The notes below the pieces were generated by a model. It searched no databases, was not told the DNA's origin, and worked only from the letters and a program-made list of their open reading frames with translations. A stretch of DNA of 62,426 nt, filler included, from Sphacelaria rigidula (taxonomy: Eukaryota), in NCBI GenBank assembly GCA_964200075.2. It is 9 parts of 9 records of this genome, joined end to end, with 100 filler letters (N's around TTAATTAATTAA, not from the genome) between each part and the next. Parts side by side here need not be neighbours in the genome. Positions count along the whole stretch, not along the records: positions 48,634 to 55,480 come from CAXNAA020017785.1; positions 55,581 to 62,426 come from CAXNAA020017786.1; 7 more parts are not named here. The stretch is one strand, 5' to 3'. Of this stretch, positions 49,419 through 61,630 are shown in pieces. Position numbers and translations under genes: made by a program. Every line of letters begins with the position of its first letter. Position 1 is the first letter of the stretch.

Positions 49419-52400
49419 ATTCATCGATTGATTGGTTGGTTATTCAGTTATTTTGTTGTAGGACTTGCCACGGGACTTGGGGACAGGACCGCTTTCCAGT
49501 CGCGGAGAAAACGACGGCACGGGACGGGAATTCCCGTGTCATGCCGCCATGTCCCGTCCTGTCTCGTTTCTTACGGGAATATGTGTGTAACCTCCATAAA
49601 ACAAGCACAAGGAGACCAATATTTTGTTCCACGAAATAAATTATTACCGGTGTTGAGGTACAACGTCCGACTAAACGAGTCGCATCGACTCCCCATCACG
49701 ACGAGAAAACAATCCCGTCCCGTTCCGGAGTGCCGTCATCAGCCCTAATAATTACAACTATGACCGACCATTCATCCTTGCATGTAAAGTGTAAGTTAAG
49801 AATGGGCTGTGGAAGGCGCCGGAGTCTGAAAAAAAAAAACGTGCCCGCGTTCGTCGTATGTTTCCCGCAACAGAGGGCGCTCGATCCGGAGACCTATATC
49901 CCGTTCCGGCTGGAGAAAAAAGTGGTGCTCTCGCACGACACGAGGATGTTCCGGTTCGCGCTGCAAACGCCTTTTCACGTCCTGGGTCTTCCGATTGGCC
50001 GACACGTTTCCATGAAGTATGTGGACGCCGTCAGCGGGAAAATGGTCACACGATCGTACACGCCAACTAGTTCGGATATCAACGTGAGGTTTTTGCTTTT
50101 TAATTCAGTGCGTGTTTCGTGTGTGTGTGTGTGTGTGTACAGTACTGTATTCTTGCACGAAAGTGCGCAGGAAACATACCGCGTGTATGGATGTGCAACT
50201 TCATGTCATTGTCCAGTGCATGTCATACTTCAGTGTCTGTTTCGTGTATCAGTGGAAGCAGCGGTTGGGAGCCTTGCGAGGGATTTCTTTTCCCTGGCAG
50301 CTAGCGTTTCGAGGGGCTTGTGCTGTGTTTTTTTTGTCTCTCTCTGATTTCGTTTATAAGTACAGTATTAATGTTTTTTCGTTAGAGGCAGAAAGAAATG
50401 AAACCTAAAGGCCTTGTTACAGTAGCTGCTTTTGTCTACCACACGAGATGCTGGTGTCTAGTATATATTGGGGATTCCTTCTAGACAAGCTCTCTTTTTT
50501 CTTCTTTTATTTCCTAACTTTCTTCTTCTTTTTTTCTCTTCTCTCTTCTCATTTTTTTTTTTTTTTTTTCTTTTTTTTCTTCTTTTTTTTCTTTCTCTCG
50601 TCGTCCTTTTTTCCTTTTTTTTTTTCCCTTCGTATTCTCTCGTCGTCCACTTTGCCTTTTTTTCCCCCTTTTTTTTCCCCTTTTTTCCGAGTTTCGTCCT
50701 CTGAGTATTTTCGTTTCGTTTTCCATACTGGATATTTGTACTTGTATCGCATGACAACTCACCGCTGTATTCGTCGCGGAGCAGTTCATACCCGACAGTT
50801 GAGAAGGAAATTTCGCGTTTCACAATCCAAGGTCGGACCCAAGTCACGCATACATACGCAATCTGGACTATCCCTCTCTCTTTCTCCCTCCGTGATGTCT
50901 GATGATATATGGCTTGGATAGATCTGAACCGCTCCAATTTCGCGCGTGATTTCTCCAAAGTTCTCATCTATCCTGTGCTGGGTACATTTGTATCCTCTCC
51001 AGTGATCTCCAACAATTTGTCCATGCTTTTGTACGGGTGAAAATCTCATCGTAACCCCCCCCTCCCCTTCTCTTCTCCGCAGCGCACGATGCATGTACTC
51101 ATTTTTTTCGTATTGGATCGTCGAGGAATGGAGGATGATTTTCACACCACGGACAAGAGTACTCCGTCAAAAAAACAATGTCTTACGTACAGTATGGAAT
51201 CTATTGCCTGTTGCAGTAGACGCAATAGTCAAAATATATTGTCATTATCCAGGGTGTGATGATTTTGGCGCACGATTGCTGTACTTGGGTGTAGTGTAGT
51301 GTAAAAATATGAATTTGTACATGTGCTGTGCTGTGCTGTGTTGTGCTGTGCTGTAAGGTTCGTTTCCCTGCCCCGCCCCGCCCCGCCCCGCCTATCCTCG
51401 GCTCGTGCTCGATGCTTGCTATGTGTCGTTGGTGTTTTGGTTTTTGTCAGGTCGGCCATGTGGACTTCGTGATTAAGGTGTATTTTCCGAATGTGGAACC
51501 GAGATTTCCAGACGGGGGCAAGATGTCCATGCATCTAGAAAACTTGAAGGTATCGATCAGTATATCTGTGTACGAAGTCTTCCGCGTGGGACGCGTCTCT
51601 TCTCCGTTGGTACTATAACTATGTTGCTTGGTCTTATGTTTGATATCATTATTGCTGGTGTCGTTACTCTTTTTCCACACAACACACTGCAGCAATATTT
51701 ATCTACTTATTATTTACCACAGTCAACGTCACGGTTTTGTTTTGTTTTTGTTTTTTTAGCTATTGCTGTGGTTACAGCGACTATGACATACTGTTTTATC
51801 TTACGTTGTTCGTGATTTTTTGGTTGAGTAGATCGGTTTTTCCTTTCTCTTACCCTGCTCGAGGTTTGTTTTGGATAGTGAGTGAACAGGCCTTGTCGTG
51901 AATTTACAGACCTTGGATATCATCTATTTTACGTAACCGAGGATGATGATTGGTACCATTGTAGACCTCAGCCCGCCATCCGTCCTTCTTTTGTTTATTT
52001 TTAGTATCTTTGTCAAGTTTTCTCGTCTGTTTTTTTCAAGTATTTTTTATTTCACCTGTTCGTTTAGCACCCTGTTTTTGTCGTTTCATCCGTCTCTTTG
52101 TTTGTCATTTCCGTTTTAATTTTCGCGTTACCGGTCCCTTTTATCGTGTTTCCTTCCAGCAGAGCACTTTTTATTTATCTTACCCTGGATATGCACGTCT
52201 ATATATTGGAACGATCCGCGGCTGGATTTTAGTCGCGGATCACATAATGTGCGAACGCTTAAACCTTCAACGAACCAACCACTTTTGTCAACCGATCAGC
52301 CAATCCAAGGGTCGGACGAATCAATGATTCGTCTGGAAGTTACTTGATTCTAGTGTGCATGATTCGTACCGGACGAATCAATCCTTAGGCTTTGATTTCA

Positions 52401-53352
52401 GCGTTGCAACCCAGGCACACGCGGCCCGGGGACGTGGAATGGCGCAAAAGTTGCATGGAGACCTTCTTGGCCAGCGGTCAACGTTTTTTCTCTATTTCGA
52501 GCAATCACGCCTTGAAAATCGTAGATTTAGTTATTCAAACCGACGATGATTCGTCCGGACCGTGAACCAATCCAACAATTGTAGTGGTGGATCTGATACT
52601 GTGCGAACGTCAGAACATCAACTAACCAACCACTTGAACCCTCTTGGAACCCATTGACGATTTCTGTTTTTGTGAATCGGTATCATTTTCAGTCATTTTC
52701 AAGTTAAAATGATGCCGATAAACAAAAATAAAAAATCGTCAGTCGGTTCCAAAAGGGTTACCGTAATTGTGCGAGTCATCGCACACCCCCAGGACCGAGT
52801 TTCAAAGCTCGATTACTCGACAACAAGAACAACAAGATCATCAGTTCTGAAAAGGGTGACGCTGGAAAGATCTCGTCGATAGCTGTCCGAAAACGCATCG
52901 TTTGGTGTCGGCACCCTCTTCGTCATGGAGTAATCGAGCTTTGAAATTAGGTCCAGGGGGTGTGCGATGATTCACACAATTGCGGTAATCATCCAACCAA
53001 CCAACCAGCCAGTCAATTGTTGTGGCGGATCAGATCATATGTGAACGCTCAAACATTCAACCAACCAACCACTCTAGTCGACCAACCCACCAACCAATCC
53101 ACGAATCAATCAATCAATCATTGTGGATTATGACCTACCTACTCACATTGTTCTGGTGAATATCCACGTAAAACATGCCACGCGTGACGTTCGTCTTGCT
53201 CTGCCCCGCGACGCCCGCACGCACACGCACACATATACACCTACACACTTGCACGACAGCTGGGAGATACCGTGGAAATGCGAGGGCCTAAGGGAAGCCT
53301 GACCTACCTAGGGTCCGGCAAGTTCAGGATCGCCCGCCGGGGGGACCGCCGG
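49181..53352 (+). CDS. CYB5R: NADH-cytochrome b5 reductase, partial; exons 49181-49264, 49874-50083, 51451-51549, 53260-53352
   Basis: Phase-0 exons: membrane anchor [49 protein letters not shown] (RxYTP FAD motif); [11 protein letters not shown]...[23 protein letters not shown]-domain exons not found in this contig. Confidence 0.95.
52637..52760. mobile_element. Small palindromic MITE in a CYB5R intron
   Basis: aaccctcttggaacc..tgacgattt ... aaatcgtcagtcggttccaaaagggtt inverted arms. Confidence 0.55.
52761..52985. mobile_element. Tc1/mariner(Stowaway)-like MITE with TA TSD
   Basis: ta|ccgtaattgtgcgagtcatcgcacacccc...tttcaaagctcgattactc vs gagtaatcgagctttgaaa...ggggtgtgcgatgattcacacaattgcgg|ta. 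Confidence 0.8.
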
Positions 53353-53703
53353 GTATGTTTCCTCACCCTTGTTTACCTATGTCTGAATACAGTACTGGAC
53401 GGCTGAAATGTTAATTTGGAAATTTATTCGTGATTGACGGTTTTGTTAGGTTCTTCCGCTTGCCACCGCATATCACATTGAGGATATGAAAAATGCTTGT
53501 ATCCGCTTCACATTCCAAGAAAAAAATATCTTCTGTACTTAATAATGAGCGACTTACGGCTGATCGGTCATCGGGGGTCCTGCTACGTTTCAGCCCAGAT
53601 TCTGACTCTTCGGCATTTTCGATCGATTGAGCCTGTCCCGACTGCATTTGTGAAGAAATGTACAAGATGTTTTTATTTTTTTATTTTTACCTACTCATTT
53701 GCC

Positions 53704-54066
53704 GGTAGCCCCGGTGGCTCAGCTGGTAACCTCGAAACCTTCTGACGGTTGGGTCGTGGGTTTGAATCTCGGATCGATCTGGGATTTTTTCTCACACAGT
53801 GCCCAGCAGTGGAGAGCGACTATGTCGTGGGTACACAAAATTCGACTGAACGGTCGACGAGGGAAAGGGACTGCTGAACCCCTTTCGCAATAGAATATAA
53901 AGTCAAGCAACGCAGAAGGAGGGTGGAGAAGTGAAACAAACGAAAAAGAAGAAACTGCTGTGTGGGCCTTCCCCCTGTGTGACCCCGGCTGGTGCGCCCA
54001 CATATACCGAAAGGTGTAGATCGGCGTCCACAATAATCGGGACGACAACACACATTGCACTAGAGC
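53704..54066 (+). mobile_element. tRNA-derived SINE, longest copy in the window
   Basis: A box tggctcagctgg, B-box-like ggtttgaatc, then a non-tRNA body shared with 45117-45345. The 3' boundary is approximate. Confidence 0.75.
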
Positions 54067-54836
54067 CGAATGACTGCGTTTCATTTGTTGATAACACCGT
54101 CCTGATAAACGGGATACCTACTCGTATCGCCCGACGACAGCAAGTAACACTAACTTGGGCACTGGGGGGGGGGGGAGCCCATCTGTTCATTTTACCTAGA
54201 TCTACCGACGCTAGCACTTTCGAGTTCTATCGAAGACTAGTCGCGAGGGAAAACCCTTCTGAACAAATAAAAGTTTAGGCACCCTGTACTAAAGTCTATT
54301 TATATGACAGCTCGTTAGTGAGATATGAGGTATGTGTGGAAGCCACTCCAGCGTATGTATGTACGGAGTGATTACTTGTATATGACATGTAAACGGGAGA
54401 TGAGGCCATCAACAGGAGAAAGTCTAGCCGTGGACTGTTTGCTTGAGAGGCTCGAAACTCTCAGATCTATGTGTACAGCCGGATTTCCTGAACCCAAGGT
54501 ACATCAGATCTCGACGGTAGAAGAGTTCGACATGACAAGAGCCACCGTCTGTACCCGGGGCAGGTCGACTCAACAGCCTACCATCCAGGTCACGGCTGAT
54601 CCTTGCACACGTGGGACAGATCAGGAGCTACCCGAATATTACTTCCTATTAGCCTACTGATCTGGATTATGGGCTAGCTCATTTTTCCCGTTTTCCCATG
54701 TTTGCTCCCCACAGCGCTGGATGCCGAGCATGCGAATTAGCGCAAAGGCGACGCTTGTTGGCTTCTCAGACCCCGCTGTCATGTATTTCGTGTTCTTGGA
54801 CAACAGACCTGAGAGTCCTCTTCGATTAGTTATTTT

Positions 54837-54969
54837 CAGGGTTATACACGTTACACGTGCCATAGCGTTACACGTGACGTTCACGTTACGTTTTGGCCGA
54901 AACGTAACGTGAACGCTAATTTTTTTTTACGTGATGAACGTAACGTGAACGTAAACGTGTATAGCCCTG
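54837..54969. mobile_element. hAT-like MITE, 133 bp, 8-bp TSD GTTATTTT
   Basis: gttatttt|cagggttatacacg ... cgtgtatagccctg|gttatttt; internal acgt repeats. Confidence 0.9.
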
Positions 54970-55580
54970 GTTATTTTCAGGTAGCTAGCTCATGGACTGT
55001 CACACGTGTGAATCCTTGCTTATCTAACTAGAGAAAAAATATGTCTCGCGCTGGAGATCCTTCGGGAAGATTTACCCTCGCGAATATTCTCGACCCTAGC
55101 GAAGCAGCAGCGGTCCCAAACCGACGGCACCCAATGTCAAAAAGGTGATTCCTCCACAGACAGTTGTGGGAATTTTCCACGGCCTGGACAATACATGGTC
55201 GATAGATGCAATAAGCAAAAAATGTATTGGGTAACGTATAGACCTATTGAACCTATTGTCGGCCGAAGATAGTTGCAGTAGGCCCATACTTTTATCTCAG
55301 TACGTTGTTTTGTCTATTGCATCTATTGACGATATATTGTCCAGGATGTGGAGTTTTCCCTTGTATGTGGTGGTAGCCAAATCGCCCCCCCCCCCCCCCC
55401 CCCCGAGCCCTCCGGCCGGCAGCCGCCCGCTTACGCGCACCGGGGGGCCCTCGCGGGGCCGCCGCTCCACCACCAACAACNNNNNNNNNNNNNNNNNNNN
55501 NNNNNNNNNNNNNNNNNNNNNNNNTTAATTAATTAANNNNNNNNNNNNNNNNNNNNNNNNNNNNNNNNNNNNNNNNNNNN

Positions 55581-55778
55581 CTTCTCTATTTCATGTCTAT
55601 ATTCGGGCTGTGTCGTAGTAGGTTAAATAAAAAGGAGGGTCAGCTTCTCTATTCCATGTCCATGTCCGGGCTGTGTTATGGTGGGGTAAATAAACAGGGG
55701 GGTTAGCTGCTCTATTTCCTGTATATGTCCGGGCTGTGTTATAGTAGATCAAATAAGGAGGTTAGCTTTTCTATTTCG
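55581..55778 (+). repeat. ~63-bp tandem repeat, ~3 units
   Basis: ct.ctctatt...cgggctgtgt...aaataa...ggt.ag units start at 55581, 55644, 55707, ~55766. Confidence 0.85.
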
Positions 55779-55899
55779 TGACAGTCTCTAAATTTGTCTA
55801 GGTTTTGGTGGCTTGTTTTACAGCGCCGTTGCCACTCGACGCCAACCCAAGAGTCTAGAGGTGAGGGGGGGTGGGAGGCGAGTGAACACGGTGCGTGCT

Positions 55900-57000
55900 A
55901 ACGAACGACACCACGGGCGATGTCGCCCGGTACAAATGCGGTGCCTGGCAAGAAATGGTTCGAGCGAGCACGCAACAAATTAAAATTCCGCCATCACCGA
56001 TCATGAACCAATGGGAGTGGATACAAGGCATCGTGGGAGCTGAAAATATTTTGTCCCCTTGTGCGCTCAATGTATCTGCAAACGACACCCACGGTAGGTA
56101 AGCAACGTTCCTCGCCCAGTACTCTTCGACTGAAGGTGGCGGACTGTTGCCAGCAATTTTGGTATCTTGTGAATGAAGACGCCACTCGCAAGAGCTGCAA
56201 CAACTGGCGTGCACCGTCGTGGGCGATACATTTGCCGCCACTAAATTTTCCTGTCAGCAAATATACCTGTCATGACCTACAACCGGGAAGTAACAAGCAG
56301 GAGGCCACAGAAATGGTGCGCCCATTGTCCCACGAGAGTACGACGTAGTCTTGGCCCCGCAGCACCTACGACGCATAAGGCCACCTCAAGCAAAGTAGAC
56401 GGCCGCTTGAAGGGCGGTAGGCACACCCCTTGAGGTTCCTGCGGCGGTCCGTGCCATGGTCCGTACAACAAAGGTCTCCTGTACCCTACAACGGTCGGTA
56501 GTGATTCCTTGGAACTGATGACGTAAGCATGCAAGAGAAACACAGACGTGGAACATGACGAACTGTCAAACATTGTGTATACCTCACGAAGAATTCATTA
56601 TTGAGCCGAGTCAGACTCGCGTAGAACACACGCATGCTTTGGCCGGTTTTCCGAGGGACGATCACTGCGCGATGCAGCAGTAGCATCCTGGATTGTCGAT
56701 TGGCCGTGTACTGTGGAGGGATGACTCCACTCGTGAGGAACATTTCCACGCTCACACATACACAACACACTTCAGAGATCACTGTTCGGTATGGTATTTT
56801 GGCATGGTTTCTTCGCTTTGTGTAGAAAACGGCTGCGGTTGGGGACTGATTGTTTTGTGGTGCCAGGGGAGACCACTCTTCCATCGTGTCATGACTTAGT
56901 ACCTGTAAGGGGGCAAGAAGCCACTATCCAACTCTGACGCTCTGATGCGCATGCTTGGTGTTTTGGAAATGGCATCAGGCTGGACACTTGAAGCAAAGCA
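55900..57000 (+). mobile_element. Highly degenerate Ty3/Gypsy pol remnant (RT-RNase H)
   Basis: Decayed motifs in the expected order: KCGAWQEMV (cf. KSGFWQ), QWEW, EITVRYGILAWFL (cf. ITDHSALTWL), SNSDALMR (cf. NADALSR). Many stops and frameshifts. Confidence 0.4.
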
Positions 57001-57599
57001 TGCGCCGGGGGTGGTGAATAATGTTGCTAACGGAACATCATGATAGTCGATGACATCCAGTTTCTGTAACCTGACATCCCGTTGCTCTGATACCCAATGT
57101 CATATGCAGTACAATGGAAGAGGGGTGGGGGGCAGCTGTGTTCATGCACTTTGGCCTTGGAATCGTACGAAATGTCTTCGCGTCACCGTCTGCAAAAGTT
57201 GACGAGGGATTTTGTGGGTTGTGGGTTCATTTTAGGCAGGGGCTAGACCCACCCGTGTTTGTGCGAGATGGGAAGGACGCAATGACAGAGTATGGTCACT
57301 GATCGAGTGCGTCGGGCAATATAGGAAGAAAGCACTACAGTCATTAAATGTGGCGAGTCACTTGGCGGCGACTGCATTTCTTACCGGGCAGTGAAAGGCG
57401 CGGAGTAAGTTATTCAGCGTCCGTTAGGTGAATATGCACTGATGAGTACTAGACGTAGTCACCCTGTGGTTAAAACGCAGCGACGTTATCGACAGCCAAT
57501 GACGTCGTCGGTGTTAATGGGTGGAGAGCGTTTGTCGCTGGGGTGGGACAGAGGCGACTGCATATTGTGGGTGGGGTTGTGTGCTCCGTTCTTCCTCTT

Positions 57600-57994
57600 G
57601 ACGGGATTTTGCGAGATATTTGCAGATCCGTATTTTTCATGCAGCTTATTGCCCGCGCAAAATTCGTGCGGCATTTAATCGGGAGCAGGCACAGTTGGGG
57701 AGGTTGGATTGGTACATGGAAGATCGAGTGGAGGAGCGATTATGGGTGTCCACATGACTTTTTTTCTTAGGTCGGCCGGCCATCTCTTTCCGTGCTTTGC
57801 GTTTGTTGATTTTTTTCTTTCATTTTTTCTTCACGTCTTAGTCTACTATGTCGTTCTGTTCGACTTTTTTCTGCTCCTTCGTTTTCTTGAACGAGTGTTT
57901 CGGTTTTGCTTTTTGTGGGGTACGTCTATCATGCGACCACGGCTGGACGCACGGGTGGTCAGTTAAAGTGCGACAATCAACCAACCAATCAATC
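57600..57994 (+). mobile_element. LINE 3' terminus with (CAAT/CAAC)n tail, same family as 14797-15550
   Basis: T-rich UTR followed by gtacgtctatcatgcgaccacggctgga...cagttaaagtgcgacaatcaaccaaccaatcaatc. The 5' boundary is approximate. Confidence 0.65.
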
Positions 57995-57999
57995 ATATG

Positions 58000-58455
58000 G
58001 CATCAGTTCCAGGTCGGGGTGGTCGTGACGCGGGTTCGTCCGGCTCCTCCCGTCGCGTTCAAGCAAGAGACCGGGACGGGAGCATTAATGGTGGAGTTGA
58101 TCTTGGTTGCGGCTGCATTCCCGGTCGACGCTCCGCTGATGACGTGAGGAGCGCGCGACTGGTTGGTTCCATGGTGTGAAATCAATTTGATGCTGTTGCT
58201 GCCTTACGGCAAGTGGTGGCGTCGGCTGGGCTCCCGCCTGCAGATTTTGCGTTGCATTCTCTATGCATTAGTAGCGTCACTCACTTGCCCGCGGCAGGAG
58301 TTCTACCAGAAGTGTTGCAAAAGTAGGAGAGGTGGAGATGGATGCTTACAAAAACATGCGTCCGTTCAATTGATGTGAACTCCGGTTTGTGCCGATGGTT
58401 TTGCTGATAGGCATAAAGGCTGTGGTAGACAGCCGGGCTAAGGGACAGAGTGGAG
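58000..58455 (+). mobile_element. Decayed tyrosine recombinase C-terminus of a DIRS/Ngaro-type retroelement
   Basis: ALRQVVASAGLPPADFALHSLCISSVTHLPAAGVLPEVLQK*ERW..(frameshift)DAYK, resembling the HSLRIGGAT...GRW.S.AY..Y signature. The catalytic Arg is mutated and there is an in-frame stop. Confidence 0.75.
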
Positions 58456-60602
58456 TGCGAAGCCGTGATAAGTGTTGAATTGCCTCCGACGCAGATTTCG
58501 AGTATGATGACACACATGCCCTAACATTTGAGTGAGATCGGTAAATGCAATATCAGTATAATAAAAATGTATATATGGCCACATCAATGTATATCGTAGT
58601 GTGTGGATCTCATGACCACGGCCAGGATCGTTGCTATCGGTTATTTGGAGACTTGTGTGGCTGGTTTGGCCGTGCGTGTACTACTGATGGTTTGTGTGCC
58701 TCTCCTTGATGGTCTTACCCATTCACCCCCCCCCACCCCTCCCTCTCCCTTCCTCGCCTCTTTCTGGGCGGTTTACACTTGTTGAGGGAAACGAGAAGTG
58801 GGGGTTCGGGGGTTGGGGGAATGGGGGGATGGGGGGAAGGCGAAGGTTTGGGGATGGGGGGAGGGGGAAGGGAAAGATACTCCATCCGTATGACGACGTG
58901 GGGTAATTTGGAAGCTTGGGCGGATGTCCTCAACGCAATCTCCAGGTGGTGGCCGACGGTCGCATGCGTGAGGGGTCATACTGTATTTATACGCATGGTT
59001 CCCTTTCTCTCTCCCCGAAGTGTACGGGGGGCGGGAAGTTCACTGAGGTCATTTTCTATGCGTGCCAGGAAAAACTTTTTCTTGAAAACACCTTTTTTTG
59101 TCCTTGTGCATCGTTTTGCCCCTAGAAGAGGGCGAGGCAGATTGATTGATTGATTGATTGATTGATTATCTCACATCAGCTGATTGCAACAATCCAGGCC
59201 GTGGTCAGGAGCAACAACAAAAAGAGCAGAATACGAAAGAAGGAAAGGAACAGAAAATGACAGAAGACAGATGTTGACACGTTGGAATGACTTGCAATGC
59301 CCGTCGAGACCGTTCCAGGACACCTTTGCGTTTTCCGGTCGCCGCGGTTGTTTTCTTGGCCAAACTTGCCATTTCAAGAGTGGTCAAGTCATCAAAATGA
59401 CGAATTGTCTAACCTTGAATTTTCCTCAAGAACTCGTGGCTCAGGCGGGTCAGACTCGCGTAGAGAATACGTACGTCTGCATACGACGTGGGAGTACTGC
59501 ACAAACTCGTGCTCGTGACACTCTGTGTACAGCACTGCTTTGCGTACAACACTACATGGTAAAAACTGTGTCACTACATTACTGCACATCAGAAGAATAC
59601 GGCACACAAGAGTACACGGGACAGTATATACTGCTGAAGGTCGATCAGCACCGCCACTACAGCTACAGTTCCAGACGATCGATAATTGCCCGGCCATCTA
59701 GAAAAAGAAGACCGTTACAGTAGTCAGCGTCAGAAATTTGCAGAATCCGTAATTTCTTAGTTTCTCAAAGATTGNNNNNNNNNNATGCCAGAAAAAGGGC
59801 GTCGGAAGATATTTGAATCCTCTTGAAAAATATTGGACGAAAAATCATCTGCGAGCAATCATGGGTGACTTATGGGCTTGACCGATCTTCGGGGGTACTG
59901 CGAAAATACGACCCTAGGCTTTACCTCTTCGGTGTTTTCGGTGGACCGACTCGACCCGGATTATATAAGTGAAGACTCAAAAAGGATTGTTTTTTTGAAA
60001 TTCCACCTAATCACTGCGCCAAAGCAGGAAAGCTATGTTTCTTGGACCCACGGTTAATAACACCCTCCTGATAAACGGGGTCTTTACCCGGTATCGCCAC
60101 CACAACACCAACTTGGGCGATTGTGATTTGAGCACGGTTTGCTTATTTTGCCAAAACTATCGACGATAGCACTTTCGAGTGCTCATGGAAAATGCTATGC
60201 AAAAAAAAAATGAAAATAGGCCATCCGCAGAAAATGTTAGACTGAGGTCTGTGCAGTGTAGGAGAGAAAGACGATCTCGATCGTTATTGTTAAGAATTTC
60301 AGACGTATTAAATTATATATCTGAATATTTACCGTTTCGTCGCTGAAGAGCGGGGCAACTGCTTATATTGGACCAAAAACGGTCAATAACACCCTCCTCG
60401 TAAACAGGATATCAAGTCCGTATCGCCTCAAAAACACCAACGTGAGCACTGCAGTTTGAGCGCGGCCTACGCTTTCTCCCTAAATCTACCGGCGCTAGCA
60501 CTTTCAAGTAGTACGAGTAGTGAAGAACGGTACTCCAGAGAAACTCAGAAAAAAGGACAACTACGGATTCCGAAAACTTCTGATGCTGACTACTATAATT
60601 AC

Positions 60603-61472
60603 CTTAGGTTTGGCGAAAACCTTTGAAGACCGTGCCTCTTTTCCATTTTTTCTGACTCCTCTCACCGCCGTGCCAACACCAGTATCACCGCCGCTTAGCT
60701 TGCGCTCGAGAGCAGCGAACTCCTCCATCGCAGCCTGCTCGGGTGTCTTCTTCGCCTTCGCAGTGTTTACCGTATCGGCCCCGCCAGCCAGCTTCCTTTC
60801 AAGCGCGGCAAACTCCTCCATAGCCACATGGCTCGGAGACTTCCACGGAGAGGTTGGAGGAGGATGACTCTCAGCTTTTCCTTGTTTGCTTCGAGGTGGC
60901 CTTGTCGATTTCCTAGGCCACACTGCTGACGGTACCTCCATGGAGGCCGAGCGTTCTACAGGTCCCAAGCTTGACCACGGTGATAGCCTCTCCTTACCGA
61001 ATCTGTCCCCATCTTCAACCTCCGGAAGATGGCTTGTGTCATCATCGTCAAACCCGGCCGCTGACAAAAACCCTGCCGTCTTTTTTGGACGACTACTACC
61101 GACTTTGTTACTTGCGTCGGCGGCATGACCTGCGCGGATTTTCCTGGCCATGTCTGTAGTACTGGTGCTGCCGGAGACCAACTGGCGATCATCCTCAGGC
61201 GCGGTACGAAAAGCTGCCGTTCGAAAGCTTCGAAACGAGGGAAACTTGGTGGGACAGAGCTGGTGCTGATGATTCTTGCTATTGGCCTGTTGGTGTTCGT
61301 CTCTCTGCAGGGTGTCAACACACGAGAGTACTGATCTTTGCCAGGAACAAGGCCTTTGGCGAACCCGTGCGAGAGCCATAGGAAGTTGCACAATGTGTGA
61401 CAACACAGAAGCTAGAAGTAGCAGCAGCGGCAGCAGCAGGAGCAGCGGCAGGAGCAGCGGCCGGAGCAGGAC
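60603..61472 (-). CDS. Large 5' exon of an unknown protein (Leu-rich hydrophobic N-region; duplicated AMEEFAALERKL motif)
   Basis: 290 open codons ending at donor AAG|GTAATT. The start is unresolved: acceptor at 61473-61475, a downstream Met, or ATG 61512 (see findings). Confidence 0.65.
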
Positions 61473-61630
61473 CTGTTTGACTCACGCGAGACCTTTTGAA
61501 ATAACGGCTCATCCAGAACCTGTTCAGCAAGGTTCCAATGAGAACCAGGTTTCGTGAGGTGTTTCCGCGAGCTTGCTGGGAAGAGTGAAGAGTGCTGTCA
61601 TCCGTGCTGCTGTTTTGATATCCGATAGCA

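Noticed and set aside
50448..50967. Poly-Phe and poly-Lys ORFs
   Set aside because: Low-complexity T-rich tract inside a CYB5R intron.
25146..53352. Metabolic gene cluster (MFS, oxygenase, beta-oxidation enzyme, b5 reductase)
   Set aside because: The genes are on different contigs joined only by size sorting.
59775..59784. Short N run
   Set aside because: Ordinary 10-N scaffold gap.
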